Positions 7,576-16,756 of a DNA stretch of 64,000 nucleotides are shown here, piece after piece; within the stretch, counting starts at the first letter, position 1, and each line of letters opens with the position of its first letter. The notes beneath the pieces are model-generated. The model searched no databases, was not told the origin of the DNA, and was given only the letters and a program-made list of their open reading frames with translations. The DNA lies in the NCBI GenBank assembly GCA_002293845.1, contig DBEA01000010.1, positions 565 through 64,564 of the forward strand, written 5' to 3'. The DNA comes from Patescibacteria group bacterium UBA918. GTDB lineage: Bacteria > Patescibacteriota > Minisyncoccia > Phycocordibacterales > UBA918. The translations under genes were made by a program, and so were the position numbers.

Positions 7576-9960
7576 TTACTTCATGAGCGCTACAGCTTCC
7601 TCCACCGTCATTTTCTCGACGTCAGTGTCTGATGGAAGCATGATCCGTTTGAAACCGCGTTTGAAATATCGTCCCGACTTTGATTCGTATACGCTGATCA
7701 TCTTCTTGGTCTTCGGGTGCGGACCGACGTCGCGTACCAAGGTTTCCCCCTTTCGGGTGCCCTTTGGTTTTTTCAATATCTCCAGAGCGCGATCAAAAGT
7801 GATGGTGTAGGGATCGTCGCCGTCTTTAGGTTTGAGGGAACGGAAGTCGCCGGCGTGACCGATGTAAGGACCGAACCGGCCGACGTTGGCGATCACTGGT
7901 TCTCCGGTTTCCGGGTGCTGGCCCAACTCCCGCGGCAAGGTTAGATAGGTGAGCGCTTCCTCCAAGGTGACATCTTCTGGCTTTTTGCCTTTAGGTAAAG
8001 AGGCGCGCCGCGGCTTGGGCGCTTTTTTGCCTGCCCGTACCGCTTTGCCGGTTTTCGGGTCTTTCTTGTCGGGCGTCTCGCCTTGCTGAACGTAAGGCCC
8101 GAATCGACCGTTTAGAACGTAGATCGATTCTCCCGTGTCCGGATGTCGGCCGATAGGTTCTTCGGCTTTCACTTCCGAACCGTCGATCAATCTAGAGCCG
8201 GTACATTCGGGGAAGTCGACGCATGATAGGAACTTGCCGCTCTTGCCCAACTTGATCACCATCGGCTTGCCGCAGATCGGACAGGGGAATTCCGCCGGGG
8301 CCGCACCCAGGTTGGTCTGCTTTTCTATGTCTTCCTTACTGGCCAAGTCCTTGAGGAACGGTCCATAAAAATCGCTCAGAGTCTTAACGTAAGTACGTTT
8401 GCCCTCCGCGATCTCGTCGAGTTCGTCCTCCATCTCGCTGGTGAAAGTGTCGGAGATGTAGGTGGGGAAATGGGTTTCGAGGAAAGTCGAGACGACGTCG
8501 CCGGTGTCGGTCGGGATGAGAGTGCGACCTTGTTTCTCCACATAACCGCGCTGGTTCAGCGTCTCCATGATGGAGGCATAAGTGGAGGGTCGGCCGATGC
8601 CGCGCTTCTCGAGTTCTTTGATCAGTCCGGCTTCGGTGTAGCGGTTCGGCGGCTCGGTGGCTTTCTCTTCGATCTTCACTTCGGCGACTCGGGCAGTATC
8701 TCCGATCTTGACCGGCGGCACCTCGGTGTCCTCGCCGCGCGCGGCCAGGTCGACTTTGAGCCAACCGTCGAAAGTGACACGAGAGCCGTTCACCGCGAAG
8801 TCCGGTATTGTTTCTTTAGAGTCTTTCAAATTGATTGTGATCTTGGTGCGCAATACGAGAGCGTCGGCCATCTGCGAGGACATGGTTCGCCGCCAAATGA
8901 GATCGTATAACGCCTGCTCGTCACCGGTATGTCCGGCGCTTTTCACGTTGGCGTTCGTAGGGCGGATGGCTTCGTGCGCTTCCTGCGCCGACTTACTCTT
9001 GGTTTTGTAGACACGCGGTTGAACATATTTCTCGCCATGTTCTTTGTGAAGGATAGCCAAGATCTGTGACAGCGCCGCCTTGCTCATATTGGTCGAGTCG
9101 GTGCGCATGTAGGTGATGAAACCGTTTTCGTATAGTTTTTGCGCGGCCCGCATGGTGCGCGAGGGAGAAAAGCCGAGTCGTGTCGAAGCGGTCTGTTGCA
9201 GGGTCGAGGTGGTGAACGGCGCGCGAGGCGAACGTTTCTGTGACGCCTCCTTCATATCCTTCACTTCCCATGAGTTGGACTCGCCGATCTTTTTGATTCG
9301 ATCCGCTTCCGAGTGCTCCTTAGGTGTTTCGACGCAGGTAAATGGCACGTCCTTGTGGTCTCCAAGTGTTGTAGGTGCCGTCAAGACGAAATATTTCTCC
9401 GGCACGAAGGCGCGAATCTCGCGCTCGCGCTCCATGATGATGCGGAGAGCCGGCGACTGCACGCGGCCGGCCGAGAGTCCGTAACGAACCTTTTTCCAAA
9501 TAAGACCCGACAGATCGTAGCCGACCAGACGATCGAGCACACGCCGCGCCTCCTGCGCCTCTTTGAGATTCATATCGATCGCTCGCGGATGCTGCAAAGC
9601 TTCCTTTACGGCATCTTCGGTGATCTCATGAAAGACGATGCGTTTTAGTTTCTTGTTAGAGCCTTTGATGAGTTCGGCCACGTGCCAGGCGATAGCTTCT
9701 CCCTCTCGGTCGGGGTCGGAGGCGAGTAGCACGGCATCGGCCTTTTTAGCAGCGGCTTTGAGATCGCTGATCACTTTTTCCTTCCCGGGGGAGACGATAT
9801 AACGCGGCACGAAACCGCCGTCGATATCGACAGCGTCCTTGTTGGACTTCGGGAGGTCGCGCACGTGTCCGACCGAAGACTTCACCATATACCCGGAACC
9901 CAGGTATTTGGCGATGGTCTTGGCTTTCGAGGGCGACTCGACTATGACCAGAGTACTCAT
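7576..9960 (-). CDS. topA: DNA topoisomerase I
   Basis: TOPRIM N-terminus MSTLVIVESPSKAKTIAKYLG, catalytic core, C-terminal Zn ribbons (CPICGKPMV...CVDFPEC). dprA lies immediately upstream in the same orientation. Confidence 0.9.
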   Translation of the reverse strand: MSTLVIVESPSKAKTIAKYLGSGYMVKSSVGHVRDLPKSNKDAVDIDGGFVPRYIVSPGKEKVISDLKAAAKKADAVLLASDPDREGEAIAWHVAELIKGSNKKLKRIVFHEITEDAVKEALQHPRAIDMNLKEAQEARRVLDRLVGYDLSGLIWKKVRYGLSAGRVQSPALRIIMEREREIRAFVPEKYFVLTAPTTLGDHKDVPFTCVETPKEHSEADRIKKIGESNSWEVKDMKEASQKRSPRAPFTTSTLQQTASTRLGFSPSRTMRAAQKLYENGFITYMRTDSTNMSKAALSQILAILHKEHGEKYVQPRVYKTKSKSAQEAHEAIRPTNANVKSAGHTGDEQALYDLIWRRTMSSQMADALVLRTKITINLKDSKETIPDFAVNGSRVTFDGWLKVDLAARGEDTEVPPVKIGDTARVAEVKIEEKATEPPNRYTEAGLIKELEKRGIGRPSTYASIMETLNQRGYVEKQGRTLIPTDTGDVVSTFLETHFPTYISDTFTSEMEDELDEIAEGKRTYVKTLSDFYGPFLKDLASKEDIEKQTNLGAAPAEFPCPICGKPMVIKLGKSGKFLSCVDFPECTGSRLIDGSEVKAEEPIGRHPDTGESIYVLNGRFGPYVQQGETPDKKDPKTGKAVRAGKKAPKPRRASLPKGKKPEDVTLEEALTYLTLPRELGQHPETGEPVIANVGRFGPYIGHAGDFRSLKPKDGDDPYTITFDRALEILKKPKGTRKGETLVRDVGPHPKTKKMISVYESKSGRYFKRGFKRIMLPSDTDVEKMTVEEAVALMK

Positions 9961-10015
9961 ATATATAATGATCGTGCCCTACACAAATACCACAGAATCT
10001 CGGAAGGTGAAAATA

Positions 10016-10879
10016 TCAACCAAGTTTTCGGTACATCCCGCCGTCCTCTTTGATGAGGCCGTTCATCTCCATACGCATCAAAATAATAGCGACCGACTCG
10101 GTCGGAAGCTCTGAGCGGCGGATCAAAAGATCGCGTTCTTGCGGTTCGGAAAGCAGGTTGATGATGGTCTGTTCTTCGAGCGACAAAAGGGGAGTGAAAC
10201 TCGGCGCGCGGTCGTCTTTGATCTCGATCCCGAGCGTGTCGAGAATATCGGCCGCTTCGGTGACCGGCCGCGCGCCGAGTTTCATAAACTGATGCGTACC
10301 TTTGGAATTGTCCGAAAAGATGCTCCCGGGCACCACCAGGAGTTCACGATTATAGTCGACGGCGAGACGAGCGGTGATCAGGGAACCGCTTTTTTCGCCG
10401 GCTTCGATTATGAGCGTAGCTTGCGATATTCCCGCCACCAATCGGTTACGCTCCGGAAATGACCAGGTGATGGCCTTGAAATCGGGATCGTATTCGGAGA
10501 GTAGCCCGCCGCCTTCTTCGAGTATTTTGTGCGCCAATCGCAAGTGAGCGCGGGGATAGATGACGCCGTCACTTAAACCGCCGCCGGGAATGGCCAGTGT
10601 GTATAGACCGTTATCGATAGCCGTTTGATGCGCCAGCGAATCGATACCGAGTGCGAGGCCGGATACTATTCCTATATTATGTCCGCGTAGTCCGGAGATG
10701 AGGTGGTCGACGACTTGCTTGCCATAGTTGGTGTATTTGCGCGAACCGACGACCGACAACAGCTTCATTTTCGGGTCGGGCAGCACGCCGCGATAATTTA
10801 GCCGCTTCGGTGGTTGGGGAATTTCAAAAAGGGCTCGGGGAAAATCACTTTTTGCTAGTTCATCGACGGGGAAGTCCAT
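10016..10879 (-). CDS. dprA: DNA processing protein DprA (Smf)
   Basis: VVGSRKYTNYGKQVVDHLISGLRGHNIGIVSGLALGIDSLAHQTAI Rossmann-like DprA core. TAGAAT 7 nt upstream of the ATG. Confidence 0.8.
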   Translation of the reverse strand: MDFPVDELAKSDFPRALFEIPQPPKRLNYRGVLPDPKMKLLSVVGSRKYTNYGKQVVDHLISGLRGHNIGIVSGLALGIDSLAHQTAIDNGLYTLAIPGGGLSDGVIYPRAHLRLAHKILEEGGGLLSEYDPDFKAITWSFPERNRLVAGISQATLIIEAGEKSGSLITARLAVDYNRELLVVPGSIFSDNSKGTHQFMKLGARPVTEAADILDTLGIEIKDDRAPSFTPLLSLEEQTIINLLSEPQERDLLIRRSELPTESVAIILMRMEMNGLIKEDGGMYRKLG

Positions 10880-10902
10880 TCCTTACATTCTAACATCTAA
10901 TA

Positions 10903-10932
10903 CTTGACAAAAATCTTGATTTGTGTATAATA
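10903..10932 (+). promoter_or_regulatory. Near-consensus sigma70 promoter TTGACA-16nt-tgTATAAT
   Basis: cTTGACAaaaatcttgatttgtgTATAATag read directly. No protein gene follows for about 250 nt. Confidence 0.6.
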
Positions 10933-10938
10933 GAAGTT

Positions 10939-11090
10939 GTACCACACACCTACGGCATAGAGTGTGGTATGACCAGGGCGCTTGAGGCGCTCCATTGCTA
11001 GGGGTCGGTTTTTAATTTGAGGGGAGACAGTGCCGACAATGTCTCCCCGTTTCAAGTCTGCGTTAGGTAATCGCAGGCTTTTTCTTTTGT
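10939..11090 (+). ncRNA. Candidate small RNA or structured leader between the strong promoter and an intrinsic terminator (CTGCG-ttaggtaat-CGCAG + GCTTTTTCTTTT)
   Basis: Internal hairpins CCACAC/GTGTGG and GGGGAGACA-gtgccgacaa-TGTCTCCCC. No convincing ORF. The overlapping minus ORF 10897..11124 has no RBS and a low-complexity tail. Confidence 0.3.
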
Positions 11091-11127
11091 CTAAAATCTC
11101 GCTTTGCGCTATTGTATAATCCAAGTT

Positions 11128-11152
11128 AGCTGTGGGCGGCCCGTAGGGCCGC
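11128..11152. repeat. GC-rich tetraloop hairpin GTGGGCGGCCC-gtag-GGCCGCCCAC in the serS 5' region; a member of the terminator-hairpin family but without a U-tract
   Basis: Same stem as the secY terminator at 55172 (GGGCGGCCC-gcag-GGCCGCCC). Confidence 0.5.
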
Positions 11153-11187
11153 CCACCGCTACCACTTTAATTCCTATTTGTTAGCGC

Positions 11188-12489
11188 ATGCTCGACATCA
11201 AATTCATCCGCGAGAATCTGGACATCGTCAAAATGGCGGCCACTAAAAAGAAGATCAAGATCGACCTTGATCGCCTGGTCGCGGTGGACGATTCGCGTCG
11301 CGAAATTATGACGAGACTCGAATCTCGCAAGGCCGAGCAAAACATGGCCAGTAAGCGTATCGCGGCGGAGTCTGAGCCGGGCAAGCGCGCTGTTTTCATC
11401 GGCGACATGCAGAAGCTAAAGACCGAGATCCAAGCGGATGAGGAGGCGCTCAAACCGATCATGGAAGAGTGGCAGGTATTGATGCTTCAGGTGCCGCAGG
11501 TGCCCGACATGACCGTGCCAGACGGCGATAGCGACGCCGATAATGTCGAGGTGAAAAGCTGGGGCGATACCACGCACTTCGATTTCGCGCCGCAGACCCA
11601 CATCGATCTGATGCAGAAGCTCGGCATGGTGGATTTCGACCGCGGCACCAAAGTGCACGGCTTCCGTGGCTACTACCTCATTAACGACGGCGCCCTTTTG
11701 TCTTGGGCCATTTGGAATTACGCCAACGAATTCTTCCTCAAGAAGGGGTTCAGTCCGATGTTGCCGCCGACCATCGTGCGTAAGGCGAACCTATACGGCA
11801 CCGGACACTTACCGAACGACGCCGAAGACGTTTACCATACGCAAGATGACGATTATCTCATCGGTACCAGCGAGGTGTCGACCATGGGCTATTACACCGA
11901 CGACATCCTCGAGAAGTCGCAGTTGCCGATCAAGCACCTTTCTTTCTCTCCTTGCTATCGCCGCGAAGCCGGCAGTCACGGCAAAGACGTCAAAGGTCTC
12001 ATCCGCGTCCACGAATTCTACAAAGTGGAGCAGGTGGTCTTGTGCGAGGCCAGCCACGAAGAGTCGGTTAAGTGGCACGAGTGGATCAATCGCAATACCG
12101 AAGAGTTTATCGAGACTCTCGGTATCCCATATCACACCGTGCTCAACTGCGGCGGAGATATCGGTCAGGGCCAGGTCAAGAAGTACGACATCGAACTTTG
12201 GGTGCCGATGGAACAAAAGTATCGCGAGATCAGCTCGGCTTCCTACTTCCATGATTTTCAAACGCGTCGTTTCAACATCCGTTATCGTGACGAAGACCCT
12301 AACGCGCCTGAGGGCGCGCGGGCCGGAGGAAAACTGCGCTACGCTCACTCCCTAAACTGCACCGCCATTCCGACCCCACGCATCCTGGTTTCGTTGGTGG
12401 AGAATTTTCAGCAAGCCGATGGTAGCGTGAAGATCCCTGAACCGCTCCAGAAATACATGGGCAAGGCCGTTATCTCTAAGGCATCTTAG
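11188..12489 (+). CDS. serS: Seryl-tRNA synthetase
   Basis: N-terminal coiled coil MLDIKFIRENLDIVK... and class II core motifs (…FRGYYL…, GSHGKDVKGLIRVHEF). Confidence 0.9.
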   Translation: MLDIKFIRENLDIVKMAATKKKIKIDLDRLVAVDDSRREIMTRLESRKAEQNMASKRIAAESEPGKRAVFIGDMQKLKTEIQADEEALKPIMEEWQVLMLQVPQVPDMTVPDGDSDADNVEVKSWGDTTHFDFAPQTHIDLMQKLGMVDFDRGTKVHGFRGYYLINDGALLSWAIWNYANEFFLKKGFSPMLPPTIVRKANLYGTGHLPNDAEDVYHTQDDDYLIGTSEVSTMGYYTDDILEKSQLPIKHLSFSPCYRREAGSHGKDVKGLIRVHEFYKVEQVVLCEASHEESVKWHEWINRNTEEFIETLGIPYHTVLNCGGDIGQGQVKKYDIELWVPMEQKYREISSASYFHDFQTRRFNIRYRDEDPNAPEGARAGGKLRYAHSLNCTAIPTPRILVSLVENFQQADGSVKIPEPLQKYMGKAVISKAS

Positions 12490-12525
12490 GTAACCTCCGA
12501 AAACCCGATCCCCGGCCGTGATAAT

Positions 12526-13413
12526 ATGGCCATGATGTTCGGTCGCAAGAAAAGATCGAGACGCAATACTCGTAAATATCGCGGTTCTTTGCCGACGCAG
12601 TTTTGGGTAGGCATGATCTTGTGCGTCGTCTCTATCCTGATCCTTGGTACGGTGTGGTTCGTTACCAGACTCGAATCTTTGACCATCGCCGACGTGCGCG
12701 TGTTCGGCGGTGAGACGATCGATCGCGAAGCGGTCAGGAAAACTGTGACGGCAGAACTCGAAGGCGAATACTATCGTTTGGTGCCGCGGCGCTTCCTCTG
12801 GACCTATCCCGAGGAGGCAGTGCGCGCCAAGGTGAGCGCCTGGCAACGTGTGAGCGGGGTTAGCCTAGCTATTTCGGAGGACGACACACTGGACGTTTAT
12901 CTGGAAGAGTATCTGCCGTACGCGCTTTGGTGCGTTGACGAGTTGAGTGTCGTGCTCTCCCATCCTTGTGTCTTTCTGGATATTTCCGGCCGGGCTTTCT
13001 CGGTGGCGCCACCGCTTATCGGTACCGCCTTGTTGCGCTATCACAACGGTAAGACACCAACGCTCGGGGAGACGCCGTTTTTGGCCGAACTACTAAGAGA
13101 TACCGATCGTTTCGTGTCGGAGCTAAGAGCGCGTTTCGGTTTCGACGTGGCGGTGGTGGAATCGGTCGGCCAAGACGAAGTGTCTTACTATTTGCGCGGC
13201 GGCGGTATCTTAAAGACGACTCTGCGTCGATCGGTCGAAGACACTCTAGACGACCTCACCGTCATTTTGGCCTCTAAACAATTCGAACATATCCGTCCTG
13301 GTAACTTCGCTTACGTCGATCTGCGTTTCGGCGACAAAGTGTTCGTCAACGAACAGGGAGGTCTGGAGGACGAACAGTTAAACGCCGCCTCGGAAGGTGA
13401 GGCGGCGTTCTAG
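12526..13413 (+). CDS. ftsQ: Cell division protein FtsQ/DivIB-like (POTRA domain)
   Basis: Basic N-terminus, one TM helix, POTRA-like VRVFGGETIDREAVRKTV, C-terminal FAYVDLRFGDKVFV matching the FtsQ ISYVDLRY block. The extended -10 TGaTAATAT overlaps the first ATG, so the true start may be Met3/Met4. Confidence 0.65.
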   Translation: MAMMFGRKKRSRRNTRKYRGSLPTQFWVGMILCVVSILILGTVWFVTRLESLTIADVRVFGGETIDREAVRKTVTAELEGEYYRLVPRRFLWTYPEEAVRAKVSAWQRVSGVSLAISEDDTLDVYLEEYLPYALWCVDELSVVLSHPCVFLDISGRAFSVAPPLIGTALLRYHNGKTPTLGETPFLAELLRDTDRFVSELRARFGFDVAVVESVGQDEVSYYLRGGGILKTTLRRSVEDTLDDLTVILASKQFEHIRPGNFAYVDLRFGDKVFVNEQGGLEDEQLNAASEGEAAF

Positions 13414-13429
13414 ATACAGGGCCAGCAAA

Positions 13430-13600
13430 TCATTTGCTGACCAGGGTTTGCTCGACCTTGGCGATCTGGTTCTTCTTGATGGTTTCGGCCACGTCGCGAC
13501 CGGAACTCCAGGCAAAGAACCAGATGAAGGCTATGAGTAGTACCCAGTCGATCAGGTTCACCTGATCTTTGTCGTAACTGTCTTTTGACTCGTTTGCCAT
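13430..13600 (-). CDS. Small membrane protein (56 aa), hypothetical; below the ORF-track size cutoff
   Basis: Perfect SD AAAGGAGGT 6 nt before the ATG. MANESKDSYDKDQVNLIDWVLLIAFIWFFAWSSGRDVAETIKKNQIAKVEQTLVSK, with one TM helix. Confidence 0.55.
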   Translation of the reverse strand: MANESKDSYDKDQVNLIDWVLLIAFIWFFAWSSGRDVAETIKKNQIAKVEQTLVSK

Positions 13601-13673
13601 CGGAACCTCCTTTGGTGGCTATATAATTTAGCCATTATTTTCAACATTTTGCAAGTCGTGTTAGTCTGAGCCG

Positions 13674-14696
13674 GTGAATTTTTGGAAAGACCTGCCAAAA
13701 CCCATATTCGTTTTAGCGCCGATGGCGGACGTCACTGACGCGGCTTTTCGACGGATGATCGCCAAGTATTCCAGACACGCGCGGGCTGACGGCAGCGCAG
13801 GCGGACCGGATGTTTTTTGGACCGAGTTCGTCTCCGCCGACGGCTTGGCCCGGGCGACCGACGAAGGAAAAGCCAAACTCATGGCCGACCTTATCTATAG
13901 TGAAGAAGAGCGGCCGATAGTGGCGCAGTTATTCAGTTCGAACGAAGAATATATGGAGCAAGCCGCCGCACTGTGTCGCGAACTAGGCTTCGACGGCATC
14001 GATATCAACATGGGCTGTCCGGACCGTTCGATCGAAAAGCAGGGTTGTGGCGCGGCCATGATCAAGAATCCGGCGAAAGCTCGTGCCATCATTCGAGCCG
14101 CGAAGCGCGGCGCCGGTCCTTTGCCGGTGTCGGTCAAAACTCGCGTCGGTTACAACAAGGACGAACTTGAAACATGGTTGCCGGAGATCTTGGCCGAGAA
14201 TCCGGCCGTGGTCACGGTGCACGCGCGTACTCGGAAAGACATGTCAAAAGTGCCGGCCAGGTGGGAGAGAGTGACACGCGCGGCCCTGATCCGTAATGAA
14301 CTCAAGAGTGATACTTTAATTTTTGGCAACGGCGACGCCTTGTCGCTTGAAGACGCGAAACAGAAAGCGGAGCTTGCCGGCGCCGACGGCGTGATGTTGG
14401 GAAGGGCCATTTTCGGCAATCCTTGGCTTTTCCATCCACACAAGGACCTGTCGAACGTGTCTCTGGAAGAGAGGTTCAGTGTTCTTGTCGAGCATACCAA
14501 GCTCTTCGAGGAGCTACTGCCGCACAAGAGTTTCGCTATCATGAAGAAGCATTACAAGGCGTACGTGCACGGCTTTCCCGGCGCGGCCGAGCTCCGGGCC
14601 GAGCTGATGGAAGCCAAGGATGCGCGCGAGGTGGAGGTCATCGTTACTGAATATCTTCACCCCAGTGTTAATAAGTGGTGGAGGTTTTGGCGTTAG
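13674..14696 (+). CDS. dus: tRNA-dihydrouridine synthase
   Basis: FVLAPMADVTDAAFRRM FMN-binding signature and TIM-barrel Dus core. GTG start. Confidence 0.85.
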   Translation: MNFWKDLPKPIFVLAPMADVTDAAFRRMIAKYSRHARADGSAGGPDVFWTEFVSADGLARATDEGKAKLMADLIYSEEERPIVAQLFSSNEEYMEQAAALCRELGFDGIDINMGCPDRSIEKQGCGAAMIKNPAKARAIIRAAKRGAGPLPVSVKTRVGYNKDELETWLPEILAENPAVVTVHARTRKDMSKVPARWERVTRAALIRNELKSDTLIFGNGDALSLEDAKQKAELAGADGVMLGRAIFGNPWLFHPHKDLSNVSLEERFSVLVEHTKLFEELLPHKSFAIMKKHYKAYVHGFPGAAELRAELMEAKDAREVEVIVTEYLHPSVNKWWRFWR

Positions 14697-14712
14697 GCCT
14701 TATACTTAAAGC

Positions 14713-14991
14713 ATGACCGAAATTTTGCAAGCGAACGTTTTCTTCTTCATCACGGCCATGTCTGTGGTGGTGTTCACGATCTTCTTATGCGTGGCGATGT
14801 ATCTCGTCATCAGGATATTGCGTTCCGTGCGTAATATCACCGAGCGGATCGAGTCTGGAAGTGAGACCATCGCCGAGGACATCAAGCAGCTTCGTGCCTA
14901 CGTGGCTCAGGGCAGTTTGATATCGCAGATCGTCGGTCTCTTCGTTAAAAGTAAGCGCTCGCGCACACGTGAGTCAGCAGACGAACAGTAA
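14713..14991 (+). CDS. Hypothetical membrane protein (N-terminal TM + coiled coil)
   Basis: ORF with TATACT 6 nt upstream of the ATG. No family recognised. Confidence 0.5.
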   Translation: MTEILQANVFFFITAMSVVVFTIFLCVAMYLVIRILRSVRNITERIESGSETIAEDIKQLRAYVAQGSLISQIVGLFVKSKRSRTRESADEQ

Positions 14992-15208
14992 TAACCAGAG
15001 TTCTGTTCAAAACTACCGCTAGTCTAAAGATTGGCAAAATTTGAGTAGAAATTTTCGAAAACTATTAAGCCATAGACTGCTCTGGTGAAATAGTTTTTGT
15101 AAATTTATGCCGAATTTTGGCAATCGACGACAGCGGAACTACCTATAGATGAATATGTTAGAATTAAATTATTAATTAGTGTTAGTTTTGAACTGAACTC
15201 TACTTCAT

Positions 15209-15625
15209 ATGGCTAAGAATAATTCCAAGAACGACGGCTTGTCAGGTGGCGAGAAGGTAGGCATCGGCGTGGCGCTCACCGCCGCCGCGGTGGCCGCGGC
15301 CGGCTCTTACTTCCTGTACGCCAGTCCGAACGCCGCCAAGAACCGCAAGAAGGTCAAAGGCTGGACCTTGAAGGCTAAGGGCGAAGTGCTCGAAGCTCTC
15401 GAGAAGGCCGGCAAAATGACCGCCGAAGAATATCAGACGCTTTTGGATGGCGTTGTTGCCGGTTACTCGCAGATGAAGAGTGCGTCGAAGGCAGACGTGA
15501 ACGAGTTCAAGAAGGAGATGATGGCCAATTGGCAGAAGATCGCTAAGCAGGCCATGGGAGTCAAGAAGGCCGCCAAGAAATCGGCCAAGAAGGCCGCGTC
15601 AGCCGCTAAGAAAGCCGCTAAGTAG
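15209..15625 (+). CDS. Membrane-anchored protein with a histone-H1-like Lys/Ala-rich C-terminal tail
   Basis: TM segment VGIGVALTAAAVAAAGSYFLY and tail AKKAAKKSAKKAASAAKKAAK. Preceded by a 215-bp AT-rich intergenic region. Confidence 0.55.
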   Translation: MAKNNSKNDGLSGGEKVGIGVALTAAAVAAAGSYFLYASPNAAKNRKKVKGWTLKAKGEVLEALEKAGKMTAEEYQTLLDGVVAGYSQMKSASKADVNEFKKEMMANWQKIAKQAMGVKKAAKKSAKKAASAAKKAAK

Positions 15626-15640
15626 TCGAGTGTTACGTAA

Positions 15641-15671
15641 AACGGCCGGCACTGAAAGTGCCGGCCGTTTT
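15641..15671 (+). terminator. Intrinsic terminator
   Basis: AAAACGGCCGGCAC-tgaaa-GTGCCGGCCGTTTTCG. Confidence 0.7.
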
Positions 15672-15704
15672 CGATTGTCCTGGTAGATTCTAGTTTCCGG
15701 ATTC

Positions 15705-15712
15705 TGTATACT
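15705..15712 (+). promoter_or_regulatory. Extended -10 TGTATACT, 6 nt upstream of the dnaX ATG (leaderless type)
   Basis: attcTGTATACTaacccgATG. Confidence 0.45.
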
Positions 15713-15718
15713 AACCCG

Positions 15719-16756
15719 ATGTCAGACACTTTGGCTCTCTATCGTAAGTATCGCCCCGTTTCGTTTGCCGAAGTGCGCGATCAAGAACATATAGTCTCCG
15801 TACTCGAAGGAGCCGTGAAAAAGCAGGTCTATCCGCACGCGCTCCTATTTTGTGGCTCGCGTGGGACCGGCAAGACCACGCTAGCGCGCATCTTCGCGCG
15901 CGCCATCGGCACGCATGAGACCGACATTTACGAAATAGACGCAGCCTCTAATCGTAAGATCGAACACGTGCGCGATTTGCGCGAGGCGGTGCATACCTTG
16001 CCGTATCAATCTGAAAAGAAGGTCTACATCATCGACGAGGTGCACATGCTCACCACCGAGGCCTTCAACGCGCTTTTGAAAACCCTCGAAGAACCACCGG
16101 CTCATGTGGTGTTCATTCTAGCCACGACCGAAGAAGACAAGTTGCCGGACACCATCAAATCTCGTTGTCAGATCTTCCGTTTCCGAGCTCCCTCGCGCGC
16201 CGTCCTTAAGGAAACGGTTTTAGATATCGCCAAAAAGGAAAAGTTCAAGCTCGATGCCGATGCGGCCGAACTCGTGGCCATCGCCGCGGACGGTTCCTTC
16301 CGCGACGCACTCGGCGTCTTACAGAAAGTCATGATCGCATCCGGAGACGCTAAGGTCACGGCCGACGAGGTGGCGGTCATCATCGGCGCGCCAAAAAAGG
16401 ATCTTTTGATGAAGCTCCTCTTTGCACTGAACGCGAAGAAGGCGGACGATGCCTTGTCCGCGGTGGCCACGGCTTTAAGCTCCTCGGTCGACATGAAGAT
16501 ATTTATGCGTCTTATTTTGGAACGCGTGCGTGCCGTCATGTTGTTGCGCAACCTGCCGGCGCGCCGTGAGGAGATCCTCTCGGCGTTCGGCGAAGACGAT
16601 GGTGTTCGACTTGAAGAGTTCGCTAAAATAGCCGGGTCGCCGATAAACTCCCGCTTGCTCCTGCGCCTTCTTGAGGCCGCGGACATGTCATCGCGTTCGG
16701 AGTTTCCGCATATCGCGCTCGAGATCGCCATCGTCGATCTATGCGAGGAGAAATAG
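15719..16756 (+). CDS. dnaX: DNA polymerase III subunit gamma/tau (short form)
   Basis: Walker A GSRGTGKTT, DEVH box IIDEVHMLT, sensor region ATTEEDKLPDTIKSRCQ. Confidence 0.8.
   Translation: MSDTLALYRKYRPVSFAEVRDQEHIVSVLEGAVKKQVYPHALLFCGSRGTGKTTLARIFARAIGTHETDIYEIDAASNRKIEHVRDLREAVHTLPYQSEKKVYIIDEVHMLTTEAFNALLKTLEEPPAHVVFILATTEEDKLPDTIKSRCQIFRFRAPSRAVLKETVLDIAKKEKFKLDADAAELVAIAADGSFRDALGVLQKVMIASGDAKVTADEVAVIIGAPKKDLLMKLLFALNAKKADDALSAVATALSSSVDMKIFMRLILERVRAVMLLRNLPARREEILSAFGEDDGVRLEEFAKIAGSPINSRLLLRLLEAADMSSRSEFPHIALEIAIVDLCEEK

Noticed and set aside
8384-9648. Multiple 80-150-aa ORFs on both strands inside topA (and similar ones inside serS, groEL, rel, RNase J, rplE)
   Set aside because: They are antisense or off-frame relative to well-supported conserved genes, have Arg/Ser-rich low-complexity translations typical of high-GC shadow ORFs, and no start signals.
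10897-11124. 75-aa minus-strand ORF in the dprA-serS intergenic region
   Set aside because: No RBS or -10 at the right spacing, a low-complexity aromatic C-terminus, and it lies antisense to a promoter/terminator-bounded structured segment.
10939-11187. T-box riboswitch upstream of serS
   Set aside because: No AGGGUGGNACCGCG T-box sequence or specifier-loop architecture could be found; the hairpin lacks a U-tract.
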